This document shows, piece after piece, positions 49,878 through 59,519 of a DNA stretch of 64,000 nucleotides (within the stretch, counting starts at the first letter, position 1; every line of letters begins with the position of its first letter). This DNA comes from Synergistales bacterium (GTDB taxonomy: Bacteria > Synergistota > Synergistia > Synergistales > JAFGMB01). The notes below the pieces were generated by a model that saw nothing but the letters and a program-made list of their open reading frames with translations, had not been told where the DNA came from and ran no database searches. The DNA is taken from assembly GCA_963666205.1 (NCBI GenBank), contig OY762654.1, positions 1,184,001-1,248,000 of the forward strand, written 5' to 3'. Made by a program: the position numbers and the translations under genes.

Positions 49878-51035
49878 TCAATAGTTTTCCATCACATATC
49901 TTTTAAATCGATGAATCCCTTCTGTAAGGTCCTCATCGGAGGCCGCAAAGCTCAATCTTAAATAACCTTCTCCATTATCACCGAAATAAGATCCGGGAAC
50001 TGTAGCGACCTTACCCTTTTTAAGAAGGTCAACGGCAAATTCTTCTGAACTTTTTCCAAAAGACCTGATATTCGGGAAAGCATAAAAGGCCCCCGCTGTA
50101 GGATAGCAGCTTACCCCCGGGATATCATTAAGGCCGTCTATAACGATGGTCCTTCGCCTGGAATAGATATTCAGCATCTCTTTCACACAATCCTGCGGTC
50201 CTTCAAGAGCTGCAATTGCGGCCTTTTGAGGAAAGGTCGGGGCGCAGGATATCAATGACTCCTGTAGATAGATGGACTGTTCTATATATTCGGACGGAGC
50301 TACTATATATCCAAGTCTCCAGCCGGTCATTGCATAGGTTTTGGAAAAACCATTATGGATTATGACCCGTTCTTTCATGCCAGGTATCTGTGCAATACTG
50401 CAGTAGGTTCGGCCATCATAGATAATGCTGTCGTAAACTTCGTCGGAAATAACGGTAAGGTCATGCTTTTTCACCACTTGAGCTATCTTGAGAAGATCAT
50501 CCTCTTCCAGAAGGGCTCCGGTCGGGTTATTCGGGGAATTTATCAGCAATGCCCTGGTTTTGGGCGTCACCGCTCTCTCGATATCTTCTGCCTGAAGACG
50601 GAAACCGTTTTCCTCTGTTACGGGAACTGTGACCACTTTTGCTCCTGCAAGATGAAACTGCCCCAGGTAGTTGGGATAGTAGGGATCTGGAATAATGACT
50701 TCATCTCCGGGATTCAGAATTCCTACAAATGAGTGAAACAGGCCCTGAGTGGTACCGGTCGTGATAATCACATTTTCAGGACCGTAATCAATACTCATTT
50801 CATTTTTATACCTTTTCGCAACAGCTTCCCGAAGTTCCCACAGGCCTCCGCTGGGAGCATAGTGGGTAAACCCGGCCCTTAAGGCTTGTACACCAGCCTC
50901 TATAATATGGGATGGAGTTTCCAGATCCGGTTCTCCTATACAGAGGCTTATGACATTATCCATGGACAATGCCAGAGCCGACATTTTGCGTATCCCTGAG
51001 CGGGGAAAGTCCGACACTCTTTGAGAATTTTTCAT
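49878..51035 (-). CDS. Class I/II PLP aminotransferase
   Basis: GEPD, NSPNNPTG, SDEVY, FSKTYAMTGWRLG. Confidence 0.93.
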   Translation of the reverse strand: MKNSQRVSDFPRSGIRKMSALALSMDNVISLCIGEPDLETPSHIIEAGVQALRAGFTHYAPSGGLWELREAVAKRYKNEMSIDYGPENVIITTGTTQGLFHSFVGILNPGDEVIIPDPYYPNYLGQFHLAGAKVVTVPVTEENGFRLQAEDIERAVTPKTRALLINSPNNPTGALLEEDDLLKIAQVVKKHDLTVISDEVYDSIIYDGRTYCSIAQIPGMKERVIIHNGFSKTYAMTGWRLGYIVAPSEYIEQSIYLQESLISCAPTFPQKAAIAALEGPQDCVKEMLNIYSRRRTIVIDGLNDIPGVSCYPTAGAFYAFPNIRSFGKSSEEFAVDLLKKGKVATVPGSYFGDNGEGYLRLSFAASDEDLTEGIHRFKRYVMENY

Positions 51036-51185
51036 AACAGATTACCTCCCCGGTAAAACCAGATTTCAAATTGATAGATACTGTTTTGAAGTATTAAGAT
51101 AATAAGAGGGATGATGAATAATCTCTTACAACAAAGCATGAACGGCCGTGAATAATAGAGATCATGAATATAAACCACTTAAACT

Positions 51186-51202
51186 GTTTTACTATGTAAA
51201 AC
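51186..51202. promoter_or_regulatory. Palindromic operator, copy 1
   Basis: GTTTTACTATGTAAAAC, downstream of a minus-strand TTGACT/TAGTAT promoter. Confidence 0.7.
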
Positions 51203-51327
51203 TTTATTTTATTTTTAGCCACAAACCATACTATCATAATCCATTTTTTAGTCAATCAGTTCCTTCTATTGTCAGTTTATCAACAAATCAGCCACCCTAT
51301 TTGATGAAGTGTTCAGGATAAGAGATT

Positions 51328-52524
51328 TTATAATCCCGGGTTAAGCATTTTGACTGCAAATCCGGCCAGCATAGATGTTCCTGTAACAAAAACATCTTCA
51401 TCCACATTGAACTTTGACGAATGATGGGGGAAATCACTACCTTTTTCACTATTTCCAGTTCCCAGGAGGAAAAAGACACCCGGGATCTTCAACTGATAAT
51501 AGCTGAAATCTTCCGACCCCATTACTGGAGCTATTTCTTCCATGTTTTCTCTACCGATCAGCTCCTCTCCAACTTCTTTGATCATGATAAATAATCTACT
51601 GTCATTAATAGTGGAAGGTACATATTTTGTATATTTAAAATCTGCTTCACAGCGGAAGGTATGACTTACACCCTCGACGATCCGCCGTAAAGACTTTTCC
51701 ACATGGTCCTGAACTTCCCTGGTAAAGGTCCTGGCTGTCCCCTCAAGTCTTACTTTTTCCGGAATGATATTGAAGGCGCTTCCGGCCAGCATACTTCCGG
51801 TGCTTACAACAGCAGTATTTTGAGGATCTATTTCACGGCTTACTATAGTCTGAATGGATGAGATTACCTGTGCTGCGGCTATGGTAGGATCAAAAGTTTC
51901 ATGAGGAGCAGAACCATGGCCTCCCTTTCCCCGGATCACTGCCTCCCAGGCATCGCATGCTGCCATCATGGGACCTGAACAGCATCCGACCTTACCTGCA
52001 GCGATAGGTGACCATATATGGAGTCCGCAAATGGCCTCAACATCTTCAAGAACACCTTCTCTTACCATCTGGTCCGCCCCGCAGATTTTCAGAGCTGTCT
52101 CTTCACATGGCTGGAATATAAGACGTACCTTTCCGCAGAGATGTTCTTTCATCTCCACGAGGATCATAGCTGCACCCAGAAGCATGGCCATATGAGAATC
52201 ATGTCCACATGCATGCATTATGCCTTCATTTTGCGATGAAAAAGGCAGGCCGGTATCTTCTTTTATGGGAAGGGCATCCATATCAGCCCTCAGAGCTACA
52301 CATTTTCCAGGTCTGGATCCGGTTATTTCTGCAGTAACACCACAACTTGTTCCTCCAAATCCTATCCTGATATTTTCACATCCCATTTCCTTCAGTATCT
52401 TGGCGATCCTTTCAGAAGTCTGCACCTCTTCCCAGGATACCTCCGGGTACATATGGAAATACCGTCTGAATTCAACCACTTTCTGATGATTTGCCTTCGC
52501 AAGTTCCATTATCTTGTGCAACAT
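51328..52524 (-). CDS. M20D family amidohydrolase (paralog of 15461)
   Basis: LRADMDALP, MHACGHDSH, FQPCEE, GSEDF, HHSSKF. Confidence 0.92.
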   Translation of the reverse strand: MLHKIMELAKANHQKVVEFRRYFHMYPEVSWEEVQTSERIAKILKEMGCENIRIGFGGTSCGVTAEITGSRPGKCVALRADMDALPIKEDTGLPFSSQNEGIMHACGHDSHMAMLLGAAMILVEMKEHLCGKVRLIFQPCEETALKICGADQMVREGVLEDVEAICGLHIWSPIAAGKVGCCSGPMMAACDAWEAVIRGKGGHGSAPHETFDPTIAAAQVISSIQTIVSREIDPQNTAVVSTGSMLAGSAFNIIPEKVRLEGTARTFTREVQDHVEKSLRRIVEGVSHTFRCEADFKYTKYVPSTINDSRLFIMIKEVGEELIGRENMEEIAPVMGSEDFSYYQLKIPGVFFLLGTGNSEKGSDFPHHSSKFNVDEDVFVTGTSMLAGFAVKMLNPGL

Positions 52525-52609
52525 TGTGAATCTCCTCCCTGGACTGGACAGTCTTTATGAACATTTCAGCGTTTTAAGAACGAGTGTTTCAAGAAAAAGA
52601 ATAATTCTA

Positions 52610-52676
52610 TTGACAAGACTAATTTGTATGTTACCATAATTTCATAAATAGTAAAATCGGTTTTTACATAGTAAAA
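52610..52676 (+). promoter_or_regulatory. Promoter and palindromic operator, copy 2
   Basis: TTGACA (52610), 16 nt, TACCAT; TTTTACATAGTAAAA at 52662-52676. Confidence 0.7.
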
Positions 52677-52774
52677 TAGTAAAAGAAATTACACTTCCCC
52701 ATAACAACTGTTTATGGTTAAAAGAATCCGTTCCGCAGGATTTTGAGATCAAATTTATCAGGAGGTATTTAGAA

Positions 52775-53713
52775 ATGAAACTCGACAGAATTTCTGAACT
52801 GATGGAAAAAGCAGGTATTCCCGGAAGAGATCTTTATGATCGTCCGGAAAGTGGAAAATCATTCCCCGACGGATGTCATTACAGGATCGAGATGTCAGGG
52901 GTAGAAGGACCTAAAGTCCTGGAAGCACTTATCGATGAGCGTCATAAAAGGAACGTTCCCGTCCATCGACTGATCTCTTTCTGCCAGGGTGGCACCCTTT
53001 TTGACAAGGCCGAGCTCAAGGACTTCGCGCAGATGGCAGCAGAGGATAAAATGGAAGTCATCGCTGTTCCAGGACCAAGAAATGCCTGGGATACGGGACG
53101 CCAGTTCATTACAGCCGATGGTCAGAGATGCGGAGGATTGAACCACCGTGGATCCGATGAAGTCCGCAAAGTTCTAGCAGACATGCTCGAAATGTATGAA
53201 ATGGGTTTCCGGGGTTTTATGCTCGTTGACTGGGGAGTAATGGCCATGGTCAAACAGCTTCAGGAAATGGGAGATTTTCCAAAGGATATCGCTATCAAGC
53301 TGTCGGTATGGGCTGGAGTAAGTTCTGCCTGCGGAGCAAAGCTGGCACAGGATATCGGAGTAAGCTCCTTCAACCCCGTTTCAGATCTTTCTCTACCACA
53401 GATGGCTTCTATTCGTAAGGTAGTTGACATCCCCATCGACTTCTACATCTGGACCTTTGATTCCTACGGCGGTGCAAACCGGATATTTGATGCACCTGAA
53501 GTAGCCCAGATCTATGCTCCATGCTACTTGAAGTTTGAACCGGCACCCACCGCTAATTATTATTCTCCCTTTGTGGCTGATGAAAATCATATGGACCTGA
53601 TGAGGAAAAAGATCAAATGGGCAGAATGGGTGATAAATAACGTAAAAGAAAATGCCCCGGAAATGAAGGTTTCTCCCCAGGGAGCGTCAGACCTCTTCAT
53701 ACCAAAGGTTTAG
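52775..53713 (+). CDS. Uncharacterised TIM-barrel protein, U32-peptidase-like
   Basis: Strong AGGAGG RBS; FPDGxHYRIE, GFRGFML.D.G, SSFNPxxDLSL motifs recalled from U32-annotated proteins. Family call not verified. Confidence 0.55.
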   Translation: MKLDRISELMEKAGIPGRDLYDRPESGKSFPDGCHYRIEMSGVEGPKVLEALIDERHKRNVPVHRLISFCQGGTLFDKAELKDFAQMAAEDKMEVIAVPGPRNAWDTGRQFITADGQRCGGLNHRGSDEVRKVLADMLEMYEMGFRGFMLVDWGVMAMVKQLQEMGDFPKDIAIKLSVWAGVSSACGAKLAQDIGVSSFNPVSDLSLPQMASIRKVVDIPIDFYIWTFDSYGGANRIFDAPEVAQIYAPCYLKFEPAPTANYYSPFVADENHMDLMRKKIKWAEWVINNVKENAPEMKVSPQGASDLFIPKV

Positions 53714-53841
53714 GCATTTCTTACAGGACAGATCGTGACTTTCAGCCCCCCCTGATGTCACGGCAATAACATACAGTCAGAGAGAATAAACAGTTCCAGG
53801 GGGGCATATCTGTGCCCCCCTGACCCCCCGGAGGATTTCCA

Positions 53842-55152
53842 GTGAATAAAGAAAACAAGATACTCCTTTTTATGGTAATGTCGCTATTTTTTACATACCT
53901 TCCATGGTACAGTTTTTCTGGAGTTTCCAACCTGATCACTGCAGAATTAGGCCTTAACACAACTCAACTGGGCTATATTCTTTCTTCCTTTCAGGTGGGG
54001 TATATAATAACCGTCCTCGTTACAGGTTTCCTTGCAGATTTATTCAGACCCAGAGCAGTAGTGCTTTTCGCTTCCCTGGGAACAGCTCTGACAGCAACCC
54101 TTTTTCCATTTCTGGCAAAGGGATTTTTGTCCGTCCTGATGTTGAGACTCCTGGTCGGATTATTTTCCGGAGCCATATATGCTCCGGGAATGGCCCTTCT
54201 CTCTTCCTGGTTTCCCCCGGATAAACGGGGAAAAGCCATAGGAGCCTACACGGCCGGCCTTACATTCTCCTATGCAGGAGGATATTTCATAGCATCACCC
54301 CTTGCCAGTGTTCTGGGATGGCGTACAGGAATGATGTGTTGTGCCATACCAGCTTTTCTGTCCGTGTTCCTGATCTATTTTTTCGTTTCTGACGGGATCC
54401 TCGAAAATGATTCGCCGGATAGCTGCCAGGAGAGTTCCAGGTCTGAACCGAATATGCCGGCACCTGCCCCAGAGGGCGGATTCTCCGGCCCTGCAGTTCT
54501 AACTTTCGGCTATATGGGGCATATGTGGGAACTTTATGCTTTCTGGGGATGGATCGGCCCCTTCCTTGTAGCCAACTTTGTACATGCCGGATTCCCCTTA
54601 AGCAGAGCTGTTTCTTTGGGAGGAGTAGGTGCTTCCATGGCCATCGCAGCCGGCGCCATAGGAGTATGGATGGCAGGTTCTATTTCTGACCGGATGGGAC
54701 GCATAAAAGTTATAATAGCAGCTTCTTTATGCAGCATCCTGGGGAATGGGATCTATGGTTTTACCTTTGGAAAGGGACTGGCAACAGTTGCATTACTTGG
54801 AATATGGATAGGATTCTGGTCCATCGCGGATTCTGGAATTTACAAGGCAGCCCTGACGGAGATGACCCGACCAAGGATCCGGAGTACGGCATTGGGGATC
54901 CAGTCAGCCATTGGCTATCTGCCAACAGTAGTAGCGCCTGTCGTTTTCGGGAAATTACTTCAGATCTATAATCCTGGTATAAAGGAAGTGAGTAATGCCA
55001 CTAACTGGAGCATGTCCTTCCTGGTTCTCGGTATAGGAGCACTTGTCGCACCTCTTGCCATGTTGTGGCTTCTGCGGATACCCCAGTCAATATTGATCAA
55101 CCATAAGCCTGATCGAAACATCACCGGAGGAAACGGGCCAGCCGAACGTTAA
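53842..55152 (+). CDS. MFS transporter
   Basis: About 12 TM helices; GFLADLF, WFPPDKRG, GSISDRMGR motifs. Confidence 0.92.
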   Translation: MNKENKILLFMVMSLFFTYLPWYSFSGVSNLITAELGLNTTQLGYILSSFQVGYIITVLVTGFLADLFRPRAVVLFASLGTALTATLFPFLAKGFLSVLMLRLLVGLFSGAIYAPGMALLSSWFPPDKRGKAIGAYTAGLTFSYAGGYFIASPLASVLGWRTGMMCCAIPAFLSVFLIYFFVSDGILENDSPDSCQESSRSEPNMPAPAPEGGFSGPAVLTFGYMGHMWELYAFWGWIGPFLVANFVHAGFPLSRAVSLGGVGASMAIAAGAIGVWMAGSISDRMGRIKVIIAASLCSILGNGIYGFTFGKGLATVALLGIWIGFWSIADSGIYKAALTEMTRPRIRSTALGIQSAIGYLPTVVAPVVFGKLLQIYNPGIKEVSNATNWSMSFLVLGIGALVAPLAMLWLLRIPQSILINHKPDRNITGGNGPAER

Positions 55153-55214
55153 CATCATTTGATACCCTTATTGCATGTGATAGATCATCTGATCTACTTT
55201 ACATCCTGGACATT

Positions 55215-55640
55215 TTATGAATTGAATGCCATTAATATCTCTACATGTCCTGTATGAATATCAATTTGTTCTTTTATCATTTTAAATCCGCATTTTTTAT
55301 AAAACTCGATACTATCACGATTTTCCTTATACACGGTAAGATTCAAGTTCTTGCTGACTTCCTTCGACTTATCAACAAGCTGTTTGCCAATACCCTTTCC
55401 CTGTTCCTTCGGGGAGACAAAGATCGCGGCCAAGGTTTCTCCGCATAAAGCAACAAAGCCTTTAATCATTCCATCTTCCTCAAATACGAAGATTTCGCTT
55501 CCAGGTAAATAGATTTCACGCATGTCAATAACTTTTGATTCCCAAAACCCTTTTTCTATAAAATTGTGTGCCTTTATTGAGGCTTCAAGCCAAATGCTCA
55601 AAATCTGATCTATATCGGGCTTTTGGTAAGCACGAATCAT
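55215..55640 (-). CDS. GNAT N-acetyltransferase
   Basis: AHNFI; FVSPKEQGKGIGK; FYKKCGF. Confidence 0.9.
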   Translation of the reverse strand: MIRAYQKPDIDQILSIWLEASIKAHNFIEKGFWESKVIDMREIYLPGSEIFVFEEDGMIKGFVALCGETLAAIFVSPKEQGKGIGKQLVDKSKEVSKNLNLTVYKENRDSIEFYKKCGFKMIKEQIDIHTGHVEILMAFNS

Positions 55641-55997
55641 CCCTTATCTCCTAGTATATTATTGGGGAAATGTATCTGCGGAATAAACTCAACTATATAT
55701 AACGTTGGCATCACGTGATGTACTTATTGTATATTACAAATCCTATCCTATCTTTATTAACATAGGATATTCAACTGTTTTTCCCCGCATTTCAAATGGA
55801 CCTAATACAGGGAACAGGCCACTTGAATACTTTTTCTGGGTCCTTATGGGTATTGAGATTGTTTCGGACTCAATTGATTTTGCGATCTAGTGAGTTGAGA
55901 TTGGTATGGCCTAAAATCAAGCTAATGAAATAAAGAAGTTCAGTAAGGGTTGAATGTTATAACAATATATAGAAAGTACCAGCATGAAACACTTCTT

Positions 55998-56309
55998 TTA
56001 TTGTTCAGCATCATTTTCTCTCTGATTCTTCTTTTTATAAATCATGGAAATATTAATCATTGCGTACCAGATTACTCCGACTAGCAATGGCTGAATTCGA
56101 TTTGAATTACCTATCGCAAAAGAAGCTCCCAAAGCTGCAAACATAGCAATAAAAATATGAAAAAGACGGATAAGAATTATTTGATGGTTCAATTTAGATA
56201 TAATTTTTTCAAAAATCCAGAATAAACATAGTGCTATTGCTCCAAATGGCAAAGACCCTCCAAATGCATAAATCAGGACATCAGAAAACTGTTTCATAGT
56301 AATACGCAC
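55998..56309 (-). CDS. Hypothetical three-TM membrane protein
   Basis: Three hydrophobic segments and a basic tail; AAGGAG next to the start region. Confidence 0.55.
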   Translation of the reverse strand: MRITMKQFSDVLIYAFGGSLPFGAIALCLFWIFEKIISKLNHQIILIRLFHIFIAMFAALGASFAIGNSNRIQPLLVGVIWYAMINISMIYKKKNQRENDAEQ

Positions 56310-56343
56310 TCCTTAAGAACAAAGCCTGATCTCAACAGAAACA

Positions 56344-56508
56344 TTAAGAACATTCCTTGATCTTATCTATAATAGTACCAATCAAGGACCCTGCCACAAA
56401 ACCTATTAGTCCAGATTTATAACTACTCCCTTCAAAATTGACCATTCCTCCAAGAATAGCACCTAATACAGCACATTTGGTCATCCAATTATTTTTGATT
56501 CCAAACAA
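56344..56508 (-). CDS. Small glycine-zipper-like protein (54 aa)
   Basis: Not in the ORF track. GAGGGAG RBS, TTG start; MFGIKNNWMTKCAVLGAILGGMVNFEGSSYKSGLIGFVAGSLIGTIIDKIKECS*. Confidence 0.6.
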   Translation of the reverse strand: MFGIKNNWMTKCAVLGAILGGMVNFEGSSYKSGLIGFVAGSLIGTIIDKIKECS

Positions 56509-56580
56509 TGTTCTCCCTCATTTCATACTATATCTGTTCTACAATAGAATATTGCATATACACAAATATAGAACGCTTTG

Positions 56581-56615
56581 AAAAAGAGTGCGGGGTTAGC
56601 TTTCACCCCGCACTC
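56581..56615 (-). terminator. Intrinsic terminator after atoE
   Basis: GAGTGCGGGGT...ACCCCGCACTC stem with a T-run on the minus strand. Confidence 0.8.
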
Positions 56616-56670
56616 AAAAGTTCGGTTACATACATACGTAAGTGTGTTGTCCTTAAAGTATAACAATACT

Positions 56671-57996
56671 TTATATGAGTAAAAATACGGCAGAACAAAT
56701 AATCCCTGCCAGAATAGCAACCATTACACAATATCCCATTATGTCCCTTACACTCAGATTTGCAATGGCCAATAGAGGAAGTGCCCAGAACGGCTGAATC
56801 TGGTTCGTCCAGGAATCTCCCCAGCAAAGGGCCATAGCGACTTTTGCAGAAGACACCCCTAGTGCGTGTCCTGCTGGAACCATGATAGGACCTTGCACCG
56901 CCCATTGCCCTCCGCCTGACGGAACAAATAAGTTAACAAGTCCTGCACTTAAAAAGGTGTATAGGGGGAATGTCCTGGCAGTAGAAATACTGACAAACCA
57001 GTTTGACATCCACTCGGCAAGACCTGATGTTCTCATCATTCCCATTATTCCTGCATAGAAGGGGAACTGGAGAGCAATGCCACCTGCGGCCTTTATGGCA
57101 TTGTTGATTGACTCCATATACCTTCTCGGGGACTTATATGCAAAGATTCCAAGGGTGAGGAAAATTAATATCACTATATCAAGGGTCAAACTAAACCCTT
57201 TAGTCATAAAGTGATTAACAATTACTACTGAGCCTGCTATTCCAAGAAGTAAGGAGAGAATGAGACTATTATCCAGTTTCTTAGCTGGTGAATCAGACAC
57301 TTCAGCCATGATTGGTTTCTCATCTGCAAACATATTTGGATCAACCTCAAGGATGAGGTCTCCTTTTTCTTCCCGGGGATACATGAAAATGTACAGAAGG
57401 GGAATAGCGATCAAAAGAGTCAAGCTCAAGATAATGTTCCAAGAACTGTAAAGAGTTTCGGTAACCGGAACAATTCCAATAATATCTTCAAGGAAATGCT
57501 TAGGTGTCGCTATAACCAGAGGGATACTTGAAGAAGGACCGCGCATCAGATTTCCGCTATAAGCCGCCGCTACGATAATCGGATAGTGCAATTTCTTGCC
57601 ATAATCTTTCTTCGCTAATTCTTTTGCTACCAAAGCTCCTGCAATCAAACCGAATGCCCAGCTTAAATAACTGCACAGAGCAGCCAATGTAGCGATGAAC
57701 CATACAGCCTGAACAGGACTTTTAGGAATTCCCGTAAGAGCTTTAAGGCCTTTATGTACAATCGGAGAATTGGCCAGAGCATGTCCTGTTATCAGAACAA
57801 ATATCATCTGCATGGTGAACTTATACAGACTGAAGAATCCCTTTCCCCAGTATTGGGTCATTTCCATTGGGCTTTTATGCATAATCCCCATACCCATTAG
57901 AAAAACAATAATACTCAAAATAATAGCAAAGGTAAACGGCTGAGGAAGCCAACGTCTCACAAGTCTGACAAAAAAGTTTGTCATAGCTCTAATCAC
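56671..57996 (-). CDS. atoE: Short-chain fatty acid transporter
   Basis: WGKGFFSL, FTMQM, QFPFYAGIMG, VPSGGGQWAVQGP, NQIQPFWALP. Confidence 0.92.
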   Translation of the reverse strand: MIRAMTNFFVRLVRRWLPQPFTFAIILSIIVFLMGMGIMHKSPMEMTQYWGKGFFSLYKFTMQMIFVLITGHALANSPIVHKGLKALTGIPKSPVQAVWFIATLAALCSYLSWAFGLIAGALVAKELAKKDYGKKLHYPIIVAAAYSGNLMRGPSSSIPLVIATPKHFLEDIIGIVPVTETLYSSWNIILSLTLLIAIPLLYIFMYPREEKGDLILEVDPNMFADEKPIMAEVSDSPAKKLDNSLILSLLLGIAGSVVIVNHFMTKGFSLTLDIVILIFLTLGIFAYKSPRRYMESINNAIKAAGGIALQFPFYAGIMGMMRTSGLAEWMSNWFVSISTARTFPLYTFLSAGLVNLFVPSGGGQWAVQGPIMVPAGHALGVSSAKVAMALCWGDSWTNQIQPFWALPLLAIANLSVRDIMGYCVMVAILAGIICSAVFLLI

Positions 57997-58122
57997 ATTA
58001 ATCCACCTCCAGATATCTTAATGTTCAACCCAAAACTTCTTATCAAGTTAAACCTATATGAAATATTTCACCTCCTACCGGCTCTTATTCTTAATGCTCA
58101 AACATCGAGAATCGCAAATCTC

Positions 58123-58806
58123 TTACACTTCCATCTTGCAAAGGTTTTCAGAAACCTTAAACTTCGCTTCAGTTACCTCTATTAATTCTTCCAATGATAT
58201 TTCCGGTGCAATTTCTTCAAGATATAGTTCTTCATCCCTGAATCTAAATAGACCAAACTCAGTCACAACCACGTCTACTTCTCCAAAACCGGTAATGGGA
58301 AGCGAACACTCCTTCACTATTTTGGATGTTCCCTTCTTGGTAATATGCTGCATGGCTACGTAAACCTTTTTGGCTCCTGTAACCAGGTCCATTGCCCCAC
58401 CAACACCCAACTGTTTTCCGTTCGGGATTATCCAGTTAGCAATATTAGCTTTTTCATCGACCTCGAAAGCTCCAATAACAGTTGCATCTATATGGCCTCC
58501 TCGGATCATCCCAAAAGACATGCTACTATCAAAATAACAACAGCCCTTTGTTTCAGTAATAGCTATCCGCCCCGCATTAATCAGGAGACAATCCTTTTCT
58601 TCTTCACAGGCAGCTGGACCAACACCCAACATTCCATTTTCGGCCTGAAGAAAAACTCTGTTGCTCTCTATATAGTCTGCTATCATAGTAGGTATTCCCA
58701 CTCCAAGATTGATAAACAGATCCTTCTGCTCACTCTGAGCTGTGAATTCCATTGCAATCCTTTTTGCAATTCTTTTTTTTGCTAATTCACTATCTAACGT
58801 TTTCAA
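58123..58806 (-). CDS. atoA: 3-oxoacid/acetate CoA-transferase subunit B
   Basis: NLGVGIPT, QAENG, IRGGHID, GGAMDLV. Confidence 0.88.
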   Translation of the reverse strand: MKTLDSELAKKRIAKRIAMEFTAQSEQKDLFINLGVGIPTMIADYIESNRVFLQAENGMLGVGPAACEEEKDCLLINAGRIAITETKGCCYFDSSMSFGMIRGGHIDATVIGAFEVDEKANIANWIIPNGKQLGVGGAMDLVTGAKKVYVAMQHITKKGTSKIVKECSLPITGFGEVDVVVTEFGLFRFRDEELYLEEIAPEISLEELIEVTEAKFKVSENLCKMEV

Positions 58807-58811
58807 CCTGT

Positions 58812-59483
58812 TCACCCCCTTAAAACCATTACATCTACAAAAAGATGTGGCGTGACAACACATTCAGGATCAAGCTCTCCTCTGGGAACAAGTTCTCCAA
58901 CTTCAGCAATCACAAGATCTGCCGCCATTGCCATTATTGGATTAAAGTTCCTGGCTGTTTTGTAATAAGAGAGATTACCTAACTCATCAGCCTTTAGTGC
59001 TGAGATAAGAGCAACATCTGCATGGACAGCCTTTTGAAGCAAGTATTCCCTTCCATTGAATATCTTGGTCTCTTTCTTTTGCCCCAGTTCTGTTCCAACT
59101 GCTGTCGGAGTATAAAAAGCGGCAACTCCTACTCCAGCCGCTCGTATCGCTTCTGCAAGAGTTCCCTGGGGGATGAGGTCAACATCGATTTTCCCCGAGT
59201 TATAAGCTTCTGCGACTTCCGGATTCCAGTTGTAATATGTACCGATTAAACCCTTTACCTTACCAGCAGTCAGCAATCTACCTAGCCCCACATTAGGAGA
59301 ACCCAAGTCATTACTTATGATCGTCAGATCACCAATATCAAGTTCACAAAGGGCATCTATCAACATTTTAGGGTCCCCTGAATTCCCAAAACCGCTTATC
59401 ATGATGCTTGATCCAGATTTGATCATCTTCATTGCTTCATTAAGTGATTTAAGTTTTGGACATTTGGAATCAATAGAGGGCAT
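58812..59483 (-). CDS. atoD: 3-oxoacid/acetate CoA-transferase subunit A
   Basis: ISND, PQGTLAEAIRAAG, TARNFNP. Confidence 0.88.
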   Translation of the reverse strand: MPSIDSKCPKLKSLNEAMKMIKSGSSIMISGFGNSGDPKMLIDALCELDIGDLTIISNDLGSPNVGLGRLLTAGKVKGLIGTYYNWNPEVAEAYNSGKIDVDLIPQGTLAEAIRAAGVGVAAFYTPTAVGTELGQKKETKIFNGREYLLQKAVHADVALISALKADELGNLSYYKTARNFNPIMAMAADLVIAEVGELVPRGELDPECVVTPHLFVDVMVLRG

Positions 59484-59519
59484 ATATATCTCTCCTTGTC
59501 GATAAAATGATTTACAGGT

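Noticed and set aside
55640-55990. Integron attC site near the GNAT gene
   Set aside because: Only a short GCCAAC/GTT match; no extended palindrome and no integrase.
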